Numbered from the stretch's first letter, positions 1 through 14,200 are shown. The stretch is 64,000 nucleotides of DNA from Stegostoma tigrinum (GCF_030684315.1 NC_081396.1:2046001-2110000), one strand, 5' to 3'. A program made the numbers and translations. Notes: a model not told the origin generated them from the sequence alone.

Positions 1-1140
1 AAGTTCCCTTCAACCTTATTTGAGCAAGGTACTTCCTTAGATTGCTCAAACGTTATCTTAGGCTTCTGGCACCAGCTCAGATGCACATCAGATAGCATTT
101 TCCACCACATAATACACCCCAGATACCTCTCTGATAGCGATGAAAAGAACTCATCAGCTCTATGACCAACTTTCTTTGGATTAACAATGGTCACAGACCA
201 CTTCATTTGTTTAGCCGCTTTGTCAAATGAAATGTAAAAAAAACTTTACAGTCCTTGATTTAGGACTTGTGCAATGATTTCTCATATTTAAACAGATCAG
301 TTATGGGCATTTGGCCATGAAAGCGCTGCTCTCCATCACTGTCCTTATCTCTACTTCATTTTTTCATCTCTGCCTTCTCCACTTTAACTCGACTTTGCAT
401 TCAGCATTCCAGCCTCTGAAGTTCAAAATCTCTCTCTTTCTGATTTTCCTTCGTTTTAAATTGTAATTCAAACTGTTTAATTTCCTTTACTCTTTCTTCT
501 TTATTTGCTAATGCTATTCCCTCCTTTATTTTGTTCAACTGGGTCTATTGTCTCGTTTTCTGTCATTTTTTTCAGCCAGAGCTACACTTTCCCTTGCTAT
601 TGCCGCTATTTTATGCTGTTTCGTTTTAAATTGAATTTCAGCCATTTCTGAAAATTCTACTGATCTTACTGCCACTTGTAATTGTCGATGATTCTTCAAT
701 TACCTCCAATTTTCTCATGAACAAAGGCAAAGCCAACTCCATTTTGTCTGCCAACTCAAAAAGCTTTGCCTTTCTCACTTTCTGTGAAACTGTAGAATTG
801 ACTTCTTTCACCACCAATAAAGTCTCAGAGATGGAAAGAGTCATTACGACAGAAAGCACATCCTGCTTATATCAACCAAATTTGCATCCTGAAACAAGAG
901 GCACGAACACATACCAATAGCTGCCTTTGAGTCCAGTGCTGCTAAACCCAACATGGAATTAAAGATTTTGATCCGGGCAAGAGCCCCCAGTTTGGAAAGT
1001 ACCAGACCAAAAACCCTCAAAATTTATTAAGACCACAACCTAGGGCCGAACATGTTCCTATTTTAGTGTTATATATCAGACGCTGTGTTCAAAATGCAAA
1101 TCCTGTGGTCAAAATACTGGACGTGAAGGGAAACATAATT
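1..1140 (-). mobile_element. Degenerate Gypsy (Gmr1-like) LTR retrotransposon 5' part: LTR remnant, PBS and gag
   Basis: Minus strand reads with frameshifts ..QKVRKAKLFELADKMELALP.. (ORF 638-859) and ..ISFDKAAKQMKW..ELVPEA.., typical of vertebrate Gmr1 gag. The sequence TGGGGGCTCTTGCCCGGAT at 989-971 resembles a tRNA-Pro PBS. The LTR boundary is approximate. Confidence 0.7.
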
Positions 1141-1199
1141 CATTCAAACACTATTGTTCAAAAAACAACAAAAGAAAGAAGCTTTATGAGGATGTAACC

Positions 1200-2050
1200 G
1201 CCATAATAGTTCATGGGAAACCAGAGCATACAGTGTTAGCAGATTTTCAGAGTGCTTATGAAAGATTTCACTCAGTGCATTAATAAACAAAATCAGAAAC
1301 TGAGGGAAATACATAGATACTGGAATGTTTTCAAAGTTGGCTGGCTGACTGCAAATAGAAACAATGGAAATAAACGGGTTTTCTTCAGGCTGCCGGTACG
1401 ACGAGAGTGTATCTTGACCCCAGCTGGTCGAAACGTAGCTGAGGTATTTGGTAGTGGATTCCAAAATGATTATTTGCGAGTTTATTGATGGCACAAATTT
1501 GATGGAAATGTGGTTTGCTATTTGGATTCAGAGATATTTAACAAGGATTTAAATGGCCTGTGTGAGTAGGCAACAACAATTCGATCGAATATGATAGTTA
1601 CCAATTCGTAGTAAAAAGGAAATGCTAAGTATTTCTAAAATGTGTGCGATCAGGAAACGTTTCCATGTAACGATGCCCAAATGTCCTTCACGAGACAAGA
1701 GACATGCAGAGGCAACAATAAGTTTCCAAAAAAGGGCATGTTACCATATATTGTGAAGGGACTCACGAGCAGTATTGCTCCCATGCTACATGCTACTCTA
1801 TTGCCATGTTGAAACCATACATGGGATATTCTGTACAGCTCCAATACGTTTATCTAGGAAATAAGAAGGTGTAGTGAAGATTGCCAGAACGATTTCTCAC
1901 ATGGCATTGCTGTCAGATCAAAATCGTTTTATGAGACAAGGCCAGCATTGTCGAGAATACAGACGATTATGAAGCTGCCTTGTTGAGACATCATACAGAG
2001 GCCTACAGGAGATGTGTAGGAAGAATTACTCCATTGCTGGTACAGCGAAC
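1200..2050 (+). mobile_element. Highly decayed CR1-like LINE reverse transcriptase fragment
   Basis: Residual RT-like sequence collinear with the better-preserved CR1 at 44925-46302, with many stops. Confidence 0.5.
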
Positions 2051-2149
2051 TCAAATCAGTATCAGGTTGCCTCACTGTACATTACCGATTCTAGAATTCC
2101 CATTCCCTAGTCCACCCTACCACATGTTGCTCTATGAAGCCACATTGTA

Positions 2150-2560
2150 CATATTCCATGAATACCTTTCCTCGGGATTCACTACCAAATTAATTTTCCC
2201 AGTCGATCTGCAAATTCAGTTCATCCATGATTATTGAAATAGTGCCTTTCTTACATGTCTTTTTCATCTCCTGATTTATTTTATGCTCTCTGAGAGGCCT
2301 GTCCATAAATCCCATCAGAGCTCTTTGTCCTTTGCCGTTTCTCAACTTTACAACAACATGTTCTATTTCTTCCCACCCCACATCGCTTCTTTTTCTTGAT
2401 TTAAGTTCATTTCTTACGAACAAGGTAACACCACCCCTCTGCCCATCTGCCCGCCCTTTCAGTAGGAGGTGTATACGTGTATTTAGTTCACACTCCTGAT
2501 CCTCTTGCAGCAAGTCTCTGTCCTATCTATAGCATCCTACTCAGCAATTTCAAACTACGC
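2150..2560 (-). mobile_element. CR1 LINE endonuclease (APE) fragment
   Basis: ORF 2190-2513 contains GRADGQRGGVTLFVRNEL..EHVVVKLRNGKGQRALMGFMDRP, the CR1 EN motif. Confidence 0.75.
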
Positions 2561-5344
2561 TACAAGCTCACTCATGTTACTTTGTATCCTGCACGTGTTT
2601 CAACACAACACACTCAGCCCTGCATTGACTGTACCAGTCTCATATATGTCCCCATTTTCTGCTGTCCCGGAAGTAAGATTCCTAACATTTTCTATACTCT
2701 TTGTCCTGTCATTTGCTCTAGAAACCTTATTAACCATACATCATCCCTCCCACATTTTTATATTTTACAAAACTTTCCATGTAACTGAACCAATACAGCT
2801 CCATTCACTATGTTAAATTTGCATTCATGAAAACGCTAGCAGATTCATGATCCGTTACATAATGTGAGCATTCAACTTTTCTTTTCCATTGTATTTTGCC
2901 TGCCAATATTTTAAATGATAAAATGAAAAGTGACTAGATTAATTAAAATTATGAAGGAATTCGTTATTTTGGGACAGGGCATGTCATCTATGTTGTACAT
3001 CACACAAAAGGACATCCTCCTGGAAGTGAATCTAAAATTGTGGCTCAATGCCCGCAGAAAATCTTTGAACTGATGTCAATTTGCAAGCACCATAGAGAAC
3101 GCAGCTAGTGTTTCGTTAAGGGCCAAATCGCTCCCGAAAATCAAGAAACTAATTATTGGTCTGAATATGCTGGTAATTTCAGGTCTCTCTTCTCATCATC
3201 TAGTTATGCATTTCCAAAACATGCACAATGACAAATTATCAATTTATGAAATTACGTTGTTTTTTTTTAAATTTTATTTGTTTGCAAAGTATTCTTGGCA
3301 TCTCATGGAAAGAGTAATTCACTAATGAGGAGTACCGCCATAAGCAAATTATAATATAATAAGACTACGTTGAGATGGAGCAGAAGTCGGTCGAGTGATG
3401 TAAGCCCATCGAGCTTGCTTAGATATTCAGTGAAATCGAGTTAGGATTTATAATCTTCAACTTCATTTTCATAAACCTGAATGTATTTAACAAACCAGTG
3501 TTTGCAGCCCACTTCGGTAAACTAATCCACAGGTTCACTATGCTCCTGAAAAAAAAATCCTCCTTATCTCAGTGCTAAACGTGTGATCCCTAAATTATGA
3601 TTTTGTGCCCTTTGGTTTTTGACTCTCGCAAAAGAGGAACAATGTTTCTGCATCTACATTGTCGAATCTTCTAAGAATCTTCTGTCTTTCAATTAAGTCG
3701 ACTCTCGTCTTCTAAATTTCAATGAGTAAAAGCCCCACAACTATTCTTCATATAAATGTATTTCCGTCCATTTGTGGACTGACCATCGCCCTTTGTGGAT
3801 TTAACAAAGCTTCATAATGTTTGCATCCTGATCCCGATGAAACAAAGAACAACACTTTGGTCATCTTAAGTGTACCCACTAAAAAGGGACGCCATATTTT
3901 TTCTGTCAAGGAATCTCAAATACCTCAGTTCCATAGATTTCTGCAGTCTGTCTAAAGTTAAGTGATGTTCTGACAGTCAAGGTTTGGTCTCTAATTGTGT
4001 TTAAGTCTGACATAGGAAGATGTATCATCATTAAGGGGCTCAATGGTTGTGATGGTAGACCGGAAACTGGAGTTGAAAACTATCAGATCAGCTGTGATTT
4101 CATTGAATGGTGGACCCGACTCAATGAGCCGAACTCTGTATTTATGCACCTACGTCTTATTGTCTTATGACCTTATGGTGGATCAGTGCCATAGTGTATG
4201 TCTTTTACCTATTGCTTTCTGCGTACACGAGCATGTAGTTTTGTGTTACTTTTTTTCACTGCATGTGGCTGCAGAAGCGTAAATTATATGTTTGTCTGTC
4301 TGTGCATTTGTGTAAATATGCAAAGTTGTACATTTATCGGTCGATAATTGTGAATGTTTCTTCTTGCATTTTATGCACTTTCTCACTGTCTTCCCTTGTC
4401 ATTTTTTGAATTTCTGTGCCGACGCCCATGCACCTTTAGTTGTATGTAGGTAAATCCTTGCGCATGATATATGTGCCTTCCTAGGAATAATCGTCTGTCA
4501 GCATCTCATCATGAACGCTCTGCTTGCGTTCATTTCTGTCAAATATTTGTGATAAAAATATGTATGCTTATTTATATTTGTTTCTGAGTAGCACTGCGTG
4601 TGTGTCTGACGAATAATCGACTTTTTGTGAGCTTGGATATATGTGGCAGTGTGCTTACCTTTGCGTTTATTCATCTGTATGTCACTCTGACTTTTGTTGA
4701 CTTTTTTCTGATTTTGTTTTAAACTTTGTTATGCAGAATATATACTAAGCACAGGAGGCGCTATATTGACGTTTCTACATATTTATTCCTCTCAAGCAAT
4801 GCAGAAGCATTTTTAAATCGTTCACAGATGTGGATACTGCAGACAGATTCAGCAGTGATTATCCATTCCTAAATGCTTTTGCATCAATGTCCATAAAGCA
4901 TATGAAACTTTTGTCTGTATCTGAATTTAAACTATCTGAGTGTGCTTGATTGATGTGATTTTGTCTCATAACGTGTGTTTGTGTTTACAGGGTACTATCC
5001 TATACCTTCTGAACTATAGGCGAGCAGCGACGTCATGCCTCAACCGCTGACAATGCGATTTTAGTGAAACATGTTGAGGTGACTACCAGCTCATGTGGCA
5101 ATCCTTCTGTCCTGCTTTAATTTCTTCCATTCTGTGATCAATGAGAATTGCAATGCCTACACATTCTCGATCTACTCATTTTCACCCAGCATCCAATTCC
5201 AATTCTCCCTCCCCCGCCCGACATTCTGACGCAAACAACACGTGAAATTTTCGATGTACCAAATTCATGCTTGTACCCTCACTTGATCGTAGAACAACTC
5301 ATCGATTTCTTGGCACTGGGCCAGATACCAGAACAACATAAATT

Positions 5345-6255
5345 GCGGGTAATAAAGTGTGAAGCTGGATGAACACAACAGGCCAAGCAGCATCTCAGGA
5401 GCACAAAAGCAGACGTTTCGGGCATTGACCCTTCATCAGAGAGGGGGATGGGTTGAGGGTTCTGGAATAAATAGGGAGAGAGGGGGAGGAGGACCGAAGA
5501 TGGAGAGAAAAGAAGATAGGTGGAGAGGAGAGTATAGGTGGGGAGGTAGGGAGGGGATAGGTCAGTCCAGGGAAGACAGACAGGTCAAGGAGGTGGGATG
5601 AGGTTAGTAGGTAGGAAATGGAGGTGCGGCTTGAGGTGGGAGGAAGGGATGGGTGAGAGGAAGAACAGGTTAGGGAGGCAGAGGCAGGCTGGGGCTGGTT
5701 TTGGGATGCAGTGATGGGAGGGGAAGAGCTGGGCTGGTTGTGTGGTGCAGTGGGGGGAGGGGACGAACTGGGTTGGTTTTGCGATGCAGTGGGGGAAGGG
5801 GAGATTTTCAAGCTGGTGAAGTCCACATTGATAACATTGGGCTGCAGGGTTCCCAAGCGGAACATGAGTTGTTGTTCCTGCAACCTTCGGGTGGCATCAT
5901 TGTGGCACTGCAGGAGGCCCATGACGGACATGTCATCTAAAGAATGGGAGGGGGAGTTGAAATTGTTCGCGACTGGGAGGTGCAGTTGTTTACTGCGAAC
6001 TGAGCGGAGGTGCTCTGCAAAGCGGTCCCCAAGCCTCCGCTTGGTTTCCCCAATGTAGAGGAAGTCACACCAGGTACAATGGATATAGTATACCACAATG
6101 GCAGATGCACAGGTGAACCTCTGCTTAATATGGAAAGTCATCTTGGGACCTGGGATAGGGGTGAGGAAGGAGGTGTGGGGGCAAGTGTAGCACTTCCTGC
6201 GGTTGCAGGGCAAGGTGGCGGGTGCAGTGGGGTTGGAGGGCAGTGTGGAGCACTT
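5345..6255 (-). mobile_element. Penelope-like element, 5'-truncated (GIY-YIG endonuclease plus 3' terminus)
   Basis: ORF 5395-6213 contains PCNRRKCYTC..VVYYIHCTWCDFLYIGETKRRLGDRFAEH..PVANNFNSPSHS..RRLQEQQL.FRLGTLQP. The same family occurs at 42983-44725. Confidence 0.9.
5412..5439 (-). ncRNA. Minimal hammerhead ribozyme-like motif in Penelope terminus
   Basis: CTGATGA-aGGGtcaatgCCC-GAAAC-GTC gives the catalytic core, stem II and GUC triplet; stem I pairing is poor. Confidence 0.5.
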
Positions 6256-7554
6256 TTTCGTGGAATTTCGCCAATAATAAGGAACTTCAGTAACGCCTGA
6301 AGACTGGAAAGGTTGTACCTATTTACCTGGGAGAAGAAAATTTTGGTTTCAGATTGGTTACAGATATTCAAAATCACGAGAAGCCTGGATAGACTAGAGG
6401 AGGATAACAGTTCCCATTGATATAAGGATTCACATGTGGGCAATGTTACTTATTTCAAGTAATTGGGAAACGAAGGAACAATGACATGATAAATTTGATT
6501 CACAAAGTGAAAGGTAGAATGTTTTGGTGAACATTAATTGCCAATCTGGCAAGGAAAAATATAGAATTTCAAAATTGAGTGTTTCATTATATGAAAAGTG
6601 TATATAGTGCTGGTCTATGGAAGACGATTTGCCTTCAGGTGAGTTGTTCTTTCAGACAGCATTAGTAATGACCAAATTTGCTTCTTTTTGGGTTGTAATC
6701 ATTCTAGGAATAAATGACAAATATTAGCAACAGGAATTGGAATCTTCCTTTCATCGCATTTGTTCCATCACAGTCTGCCTTCTGGGTGGAAGAGAAATTA
6801 TGATTATGGATATTACATGAAGGTGGTACTATTTAAAGCTGTAACTGCACTGAACCCTGTCTCTGGTAACATTACATTAAGACAAACCATATGCTTGTTT
6901 TAATACATTTAAAGATGTCTCTGAATATGTTACCCCAGATCGTACATCATTGTGTGTAAATAATCATCAGTTACTGCATAGGAGCATATGTCATAGGACT
7001 CGCATATTTGTCCATTCGAGAATGCTCCAGTAAACAACAGAGTCATGTCTGGCCAGTGTTTTCTGTCATTTCAAGTTGCCTGTGTGCACATCGTAGCCGT
7101 TGGATTTGTTGTCTATCTAACAAAATGACTCCCTAACCCAGCCTTGCAGAAATTTAAAACCATGGCCTAAAGTATCTTACAGGGAAACGGCTTTCAAATA
7201 ACCATGTGCCTCTGCGAGATAGAAATTTAATTTCTCATGTACTTTAGACGCATGGCGTTCAGTTTACTTTATTTTTGATGTACTTTCAAGCTACTTTTGA
7301 TTAAAACTGCGAAGTTTTTTTAGTTGTACTTATTCAAGTTCCTTCCTCGAGTTTCCGATTTCTCTGTAAGTGTTAATTTTCTCGACCAGAATTCTGGCAG
7401 GGTAAGAGATTCATATGATTGTGACGATGTTTCATCTGAGTTTTGCTATTTGATGTTGTACATCAATTCTCTAATTGCGAAACTGAATGGCTTTTCGTAA
7501 TTTTTCCAACAGTGTTCCTTGCTGCCAGAGCAGCTAGTGCAATATAAGTTCAGT

Positions 7555-7867
7555 TAGTACATAATCTGGAATTAGCTACTTCCAGTATGTTGGACATGAA
7601 ACAGTAATCAATGGTTTTGTTTTCAAAAAAAAACAAATCGGTTAGAGAAGACATGTTGCCAAAGTTACGTAGTCTACATATGCCTCGAGGCCTCACAAAA
7701 TGGTTAACAACTAATTGACCTCTGAACGTATTTTGCAAGGCATTCCGTTCAAGGGCATCTAAGGAAGTGCAATAAATGTTGTCTTTACCAGAGATAGCAG
7801 GAGTAATTTTCTCGTAGATTGATTTTCCTTGGAGTTTGATAATGTGAACTGCTCCCTCCAGCTGAAA
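7555..7867 (-). pseudogene. Decayed TCR-type V segment relic
   Basis: Acceptor TTTTCAACAG, then SAGGSSSHYQTPRKINLREN..CYLW*RQH and ..SSLTD..TIDYC, followed by heptamer-like CATACTG (7589-7583). The nonamer is degenerate. Confidence 0.5.
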
Positions 7868-8039
7868 CTGTTGAAAACAAAACTGACAGATTTCACAGTG
7901 CCTTACTTCTCTCAAAAGTCCTCGGAAACTCAGAATTGAAATTGTTCACAAATTCGTAGTGATACCTCATATTTTTCATTCTAACACAAAGCTTTAACCC
8001 TTATAAATACGTGCTTGAAATGAACTAATGTTGTCAGTT

Positions 8040-8240
8040 TAGACATTGAAAAATAAACGAATTATTTCGGGCCTCTTGATACGGCTCAAGACGTTTTGTC
8101 TTTCCAACGATGGGTGCTGTAGAATATACAGCAACTGGTTTGGTTCTAGCAAAATCCTCCAGTGAAGTATGGAACTGCTGCACTCCTTCGTGAGACATTT
8201 TACTGTCACATGATTCTAATCCTGTATATGTGGAGCAACT
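8040..8240 (-). pseudogene. Decayed V-domain relic (3'-truncated)
   Basis: Acceptor TTTATTCAAG; one frame reads VTVKCLTKECSSSILHW..PNQLLYIL, matching B-strand Cys and C-strand Trp spacing. No RSS found. Confidence 0.4.
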
Positions 8241-8733
8241 TGAATAAAATAAAATGTAGTGTCTTGGGGAAGCAAGCACGTGTGAGCATTGTATCACTTT
8301 AGACGAAAATGGGATGGGCAGGCAGAAAGAGAGATTGATTCTCCGCCTTTTATTCTTCAGATTGTAAGATATTCATTCAAACGTCCCTTCAGGACAAAGT
8401 GTGTCACTTTGCAGGCAGCAAAGATAGTCTCCCTCTCTCTTTCTTTCTCCCTTTCTCTTTCTCTCCGGGCTGGAGTGTCTATAACTAAGCTCACATTATC
8501 CAGAATACATATTCGTAACTTGCAACTGTAAGTGAAGAGACATTTCCTCCCACAAATGATTGTGAAATTTTTAGATTTCTAAATGGGATTTCTAAACAAT
8601 CAGAAAAATAATTCCGACACAATTACAATATCTATATTGACATCTTCATTCTTGGCGAGAAATTAACGATGTCATCACAGAAAAAAGTACTGATTTGTTC
8701 ATCCTTCCTATGCCATTGTCACAGTATTAGACA

Positions 8734-9035
8734 AGATTCCCTACAGTGTGGAAACAGGCCCTTCGGCCCAACAAGTCCACACCCCCGTGAAGCATCCCAC
8801 CCAGACCAATCTCCCTATAACTCACACACCCCTGAACCCTATGGGCAATTTTAGCACGACTGACCTACCTAGCCTGCACATCTTTGGACTGTGGGATAAA
8901 ACCGGAGCACATGGAGGAAACCCACGCAGACACAGGGAGAATGTGCAAACTCCACACAAACAGTCACCCCAGCCTGGAATCGAACCAGGTCCCTAGCGCT
9001 GTGAGGCTACAATGCTAACCACTGAGCCACCGTGC
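8734..9035 (-). mobile_element. tRNA-derived SINE (HE1/V-SINE type)
   Basis: Head GCACGGTGGCTCAGTGGTTAGC (A box) and GGTTCGATTCC (B box), central TGTGTGGAGTTTGCACATTCTCC domain, CR1-like tail. Confidence 0.85.
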
Positions 9036-9984
9036 TGGCTATTCTGCAATTTATCCTGCCTTTCCTCATTATTCCTATCAAACTTGAAATGAACGATTGA
9101 AAATAAAGCAAGTTCAGAGGAAGAACTATTCACAGAACAGAGGTAAAAAAAAATCTCTTGGGTCAATTAATCATTACATTTCAAAGGCAAATAACAAGCC
9201 ATTCCGATGAGGGCCATATCAGGGTGATAGGATTGGGAGACCCACTAATAGCATATTTAGTTCAATCAGAGTATAAGTGGACATCAATAAATGTTTCGAT
9301 TAAGTTGGACATGGACATGAATCTAACAGTGAGTGGAATAGTGCCAAAACATTCGGATTGACAGATTTCAATTTTCATTTCCATTCAAAATTTTTGATGT
9401 GAATGCTCACCCTCTATAAAGTGACATGACCAGAATTATACCCGTGCTCCCTATGTGGAGCACAGCAATCGTTTGCCTCTTATCTCTCACAGTTTCTGCA
9501 ACAGTTTCTGGCGCAAGGGAAACTATTTTGAATATAAACTGAAACAAAGAAAGGCATTTCTGAGGTGGAAAAAACATACAGTGAAGAAACAGACACTTCA
9601 GTTCAACTCTTCGACGATCACCAGATACCATAAACAGATCGAATCCCATTTGCCAGCATTGAGCTCATATCCCTCCAAACCTTTTATTATTCATGCACCC
9701 ACACACATGTCTTTTTAAATTAAATATACATCATCACACACACCACTTGATCTGGCAGCTCATTTGTACACGCAAAACCCGCCCATCTGTTTTATTATGC
9801 TTTTTTTTTCAAATTCAATATCAACGTTGAAAAATAAGTTATGAATGTCTCTCCAGAATGGGCATGGATGGAATCTATACGGTCTTTTTGAAGGGGTTTT
9901 ACCCACGGTAAGTTCAAGTCAAGAATAATGTTTAAGAAAGGCAGGAAGTACGAAAAAAAAATAAACTCACGCCTGGCATCATTT

Positions 9985-10320
9985 CATGGAATCATAGAGT
10001 CTCTACCATGTGGAAACCGGCCCTTTGGCCCATCAAGTCCACATTGAAATTCGAAGCATCCCACCCAGAAAACTCCCCCCCCCCCCCAATGACGCACCTA
10101 ATCTACATATCCCTGAACACTACGGCCAAATTAGCACAGCCAATCCAGCTCGGCTGCACTTCTTTGAACTGTGCAAGGAAGCCGAAGAACTGGGAGGAAA
10201 CCCACACAGGCAAGGGAAGAACATATTAACTCTGCACAGAGAATTGGCCGAAATTGGGATCAAACCCCGGTCCATTGTGATGGGAGGCAACAGTGATAAT
10301 CACTGAGCAACTGTGCTGCT
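9985..10320 (-). mobile_element. tRNA-derived SINE (HE1/V-SINE type), degraded
   Basis: Collinear with the SINE at 8734-9035. Confidence 0.75.
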
Positions 10321-10548
10321 CGCTGTGTAGAGGTGAAACAGCATTTCAAATAATGAAGAAGCATGAGCTTGAAATGTTAATTCTCTTTTACTTTCCACAG
10401 ATGATGCTGGAGCAGTTAAGCTTCTCCTTCATTTTCCTTTTGCTTTCATTTCTGATCTCCAGCATTTGCAGTAATGTACATTGACTTATGGAAAATATTT
10501 ATCATCTCTAAATGTCTATTTTGAACTGACATTGAAGGTTTTTTTCAG

Positions 10549-12098
10549 ACGTTTATGAGAAGCAGAGAATTGACAACTGTGAATCTGAGGTCAGGTGTCA
10601 CGTCAAGATCCGAAAGAGCGACTTAATTCATTAAGATCTGCGCATCACTTCGTTTTGAACATGGAAGGCAGATAGTAGTCTATTCTGTCTGGAATCAAAT
10701 GCTGCTGCTAAGAAGAAGGACAATAATTGATGGAAAGCCAATGTCACTGGGGGATGAACGGGTCTGACCCAGATAAATTGGAGTCAAAACGATGAGAAGA
10801 CATTCCACTGTTTCTAAGCAGGCATAATACTGATGTTATCAGGATATAATCCCTTTCACAAGAAGATAGTGATTGGAAGTCCAAAGCTCCCTTGATGACG
10901 AACAAAAAGAAAGAAATTAGAATAGGAAATGAAATTGCACTTGTGACAAACGTGAGGTTGATAATTCAATGATAACCAGGCTGAATTTGGAGTCTTCTGG
11001 GAGGACTGAATAAGCAAATATCCGAAGTGAAACAAAAGCGTAGAAAGAAGGCAAGAGGTAACATAGATGTGAATCAAAATGTTCTCAATAGGTGTATACC
11101 AATTTAAGTAAGATAAAAAGCACACACGTTGCGTGTGGAGAAGGCTTCAAAAGATCGTCCAACCATAAGAGATTCACTTTCATTTGTGTGATGGATAAAC
11201 CATGGAAATTTTAAGATTATGGGAGAAGATTCAAATACCCATCCAAGTTGGAAATTCATCAACATAACCACAGTGAAGAGATGTTGTCTATTTGCTGTCA
11301 GCGTGGCAAACAATTTACACAGTTATCACACCTGCTGATACATCAGCACGGTGACACAGACGAGATATTTTTAAAATGTCCAAACTGCAAGAAGTTATAT
11401 TTTTTAAAAAATCCATGGAATTGATGGCTCATCAACAAGTTCACTCTGCTGAAGACCATTTGTATGTTCGCATTGTGGCTCTGGGTTCCACTGATTAACT
11501 AATCTCACTGTACACCAGTGTATTCATATGGCGAGAAGTCATCCTCCTGTCCTGAGTGTGGGAAGAGATTTGCTCATTTATCTATCCTGTCAAATAACAA
11601 TGGGTTCACACTGAGGAACGACTTTTTAAACGTTCAAATTGCAAGAAATTCAGTAAAACGTCTGTGGGTTCACACTGAGGAACCACTTTTAAAATCTCCA
11701 AATTGCAAGCAATATTGTAAAACTTCTGGTGAATCGATGCTGCATCAACGTGTTCAAAATGACAAGAGACGGTTCGTATGCTCTCACTGTGGTACTGGGT
11801 TCAATTGATAATTTGGCCTCACTCTACATTAGCAAATGCACATTGGGGAGATGGTGTTCCCATGCTCTGAGTGTGGGAAAACATTTACCACTTCACCCAG
11901 CCGTTTGGTACACGATCGATTCGTTTTGTGATTACACCATTCCCCTGTTTTAAGTGGAGGAAGGGATTCATTGATATGTCAGCGCTGCTGATACACCAAC
12001 GAGTTCACACTGGAGCAAGGCCGTTCACCTTCCCTCACTATAGGAAAAGATTCATTCAGTAACCTACACTAGTCAGTCATCAGAATATTCACAAATGA
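10549..12098 (+). pseudogene. C2H2 zinc-finger gene pseudogene (~10 decayed fingers)
   Basis: Reads KPWKF*DYGRRFKYPSKLEIHQHNHSEE.., CPECGKRFAHLS.., RFVCSHCGTGF.., LLIHQRVHTGARPF with many stops and frameshifts. Shark-type exon start (..TTGAACATGGAAGG) near 10660. Confidence 0.85.
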
Positions 12099-12499
12099 AA
12101 TTTCTTTCATATCTATATGTATCATTGTTTTACGTCTTGTTGGAAAAAAAATAATCAAACACTTTGCACCACAGAATAATTTGACTTGAAGTCTATTTTA
12201 GTTAATTCAGGCTTTAGCATTGAGGCCGTGGCCACAGAAATATTCAAGCTGTTGGAACAACCCGCAGTTTCGACTCGTGCAGACTACAATTCCTGGTGTT
12301 GTGGTTTAAGGGTAGTCACCAGGAAAGAGGTTTGCCCTTAGTAAATTGGACTTGATTTGGTTTCACTGGAGGTACTGATCACCAGCAGTGCATTTTAAGG
12401 TCAATGGCTGGACGTTGAGGTGCAGGTGAGGGACAAAAAAAATCAATAGAAAGAGCTGGGAATCTCTAATTCACTGTTAAGGTTGATAGAACCTGAAAA

Positions 12500-13320
12500 A
12501 TCATGACAGACTTTGTCAAAGGCCTTACTGAAGTCCATGTAGACAAAATCCACTGCTCCAGCCTCATCGATCATCTTCTTCACTTCCTCAAAAGCTCTAC
12601 CAAGTTAGTGAGACACGGCCTCCCCTTCACAAAACCATACTGCCTCTTGCAAATATGCCCACTGGTTTGCGGTGGGAGTAAGTCCTGCCTCGAAGACTAC
12701 TGTCCAATAATTTCCCGACAATTGAGGTAAGGCTCACCGGCTTGTAATTTGATGGATTATCTCTGTCACCCTTCTTAAACGAAGGAACAACATTGGCTAT
12801 TCGCCAATCCTCTGCAACCTCCCCTGTAGCCAGTGAGAAGACAACTATTTCCCTTAAAGTCCCCGAAATTTCCTCCCTTGCTTCTCTTGGTATTCTGGTG
12901 TATATCCCATCAGACTCTGGGGACTTTTCTCCCTTCAGGTTTTACAAGGCCCCCAATACCTCCTCACTTTTGCTCTCAACATGACCTAAACTTCAGCCCC
13001 TTCCCCAGACTCATCATCCACCACGTCCTTCTCTATGATGGATACTGACATAATGTACTCATTTCATATCTCGCACAGTCCCTTTGGATCCACAAGTAAA
13101 TTCCCTTTCCTGTTCTGGAGTGAGCCAACCCTCTGCCTAGTTGCCTTCTTGCACTTTATGAATCTATGAAAATCCTTGGAATATTTTTTAATCCATTTGG
13201 CAAAAGACAATTCATAACTCCTTTTAGCTCTACTGACTCCTTTTGCTTAAATTTATTTTGACTTTCCTTCTCTTCCAAACTTGCTTCATGTGTTCCCAGC
13301 CTCCTGGCCTTGTTAAATGC
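12500..13320 (-). mobile_element. CR1 LINE RT fragment
   Basis: Reverse strand encodes the ..DFVYMDFSKAFDK.. region; paralog at ~47320-48100. Confidence 0.75.
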
Positions 13321-13829
13321 TTCAGAACTGAGACAAGTGGAATTTTTTGGGTGTTCTTCTGTACTGAAGGGTAGTGAGGAGCACGAAAAAAGGTATGGAA
13401 ATTTAGAAGGCGAAGGAGATCAAAGGAGACTGATAAAATTTGGATAAGAGATGTAGAAGGGTGGTAGCAGCAGAAAAAATATACAAACATGGAATGTGAT
13501 CTATGTGTGTGTGTTTGGAGGTTGCAGGCTAAGGACGGGGGAACCACAACAGAAAGAAAGAGAATTGCAGCAGTGTACAACCTGATGGTCAATGTAAGAT
13601 CAGGTGTGAAATGGAAATTGACCATATTTCGGATTAAAATATTCCTGACTATACAAGGTCCTGTGAAAACTCATGTTGGCATGCTAGTGGCAAATGGGCA
13701 TGAAATTAGCAGCGATGGAAACGTTATTTAGGTAAAATAAGTAGAGTGAATATTAAAATGCAAAACAGGAATAAAATGCAAACGTTATGAACGAAATAGT
13801 AATTTAGATAAAGGCATTTCAACAGACTG

Positions 13830-14200
13830 TCCCCATTGTGAGCGTGCCATGTTTCAGCACGGTGGTGACGAAGTGAAGCTCTTCGCACAATCCGTGCAGG
13901 TCAACGGTGCCTTCGCAGGTTGACAGTACCAATGTTATTTCTGCAACAATTGGATTGAATTGAATTGAGTTCCTTCCTACATACTTCAACAGTTCTCCAC
14001 GTTTGGACTGTATTTATGTTTCGATAGATCAATCATTTGGCTGAAGATTTATTCAAACAGGGAACGCATGTACAGTTTTTCACACATTTGATAGGTGTTC
14101 AGAAACAGATGATTGACAAATAATGATATAATAGGCGACTTCACCTAATCCTGTTCGAATATTTGGTTCAATTTTCAATCGATCCGTCAATTTCCATTCT
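13830..14200 (-). pseudogene. C2H2 zinc-finger relic
   Basis: KLYMRSLFE*IFSQMIDLSKHKYS.. (decayed KPYTC..FSQ..LSKH) and PLTCTDCAKSFTSS; paralog at 48620-49020. Confidence 0.6.

Noticed and set aside
7886-7915. CACAGTG + 12 nt + CAAAAGTCC as a 12-RSS or D segment
   Set aside because: The nonamer is poor and out of register, there is no partner RSS, and it lies in the intron of a minus-strand V relic.
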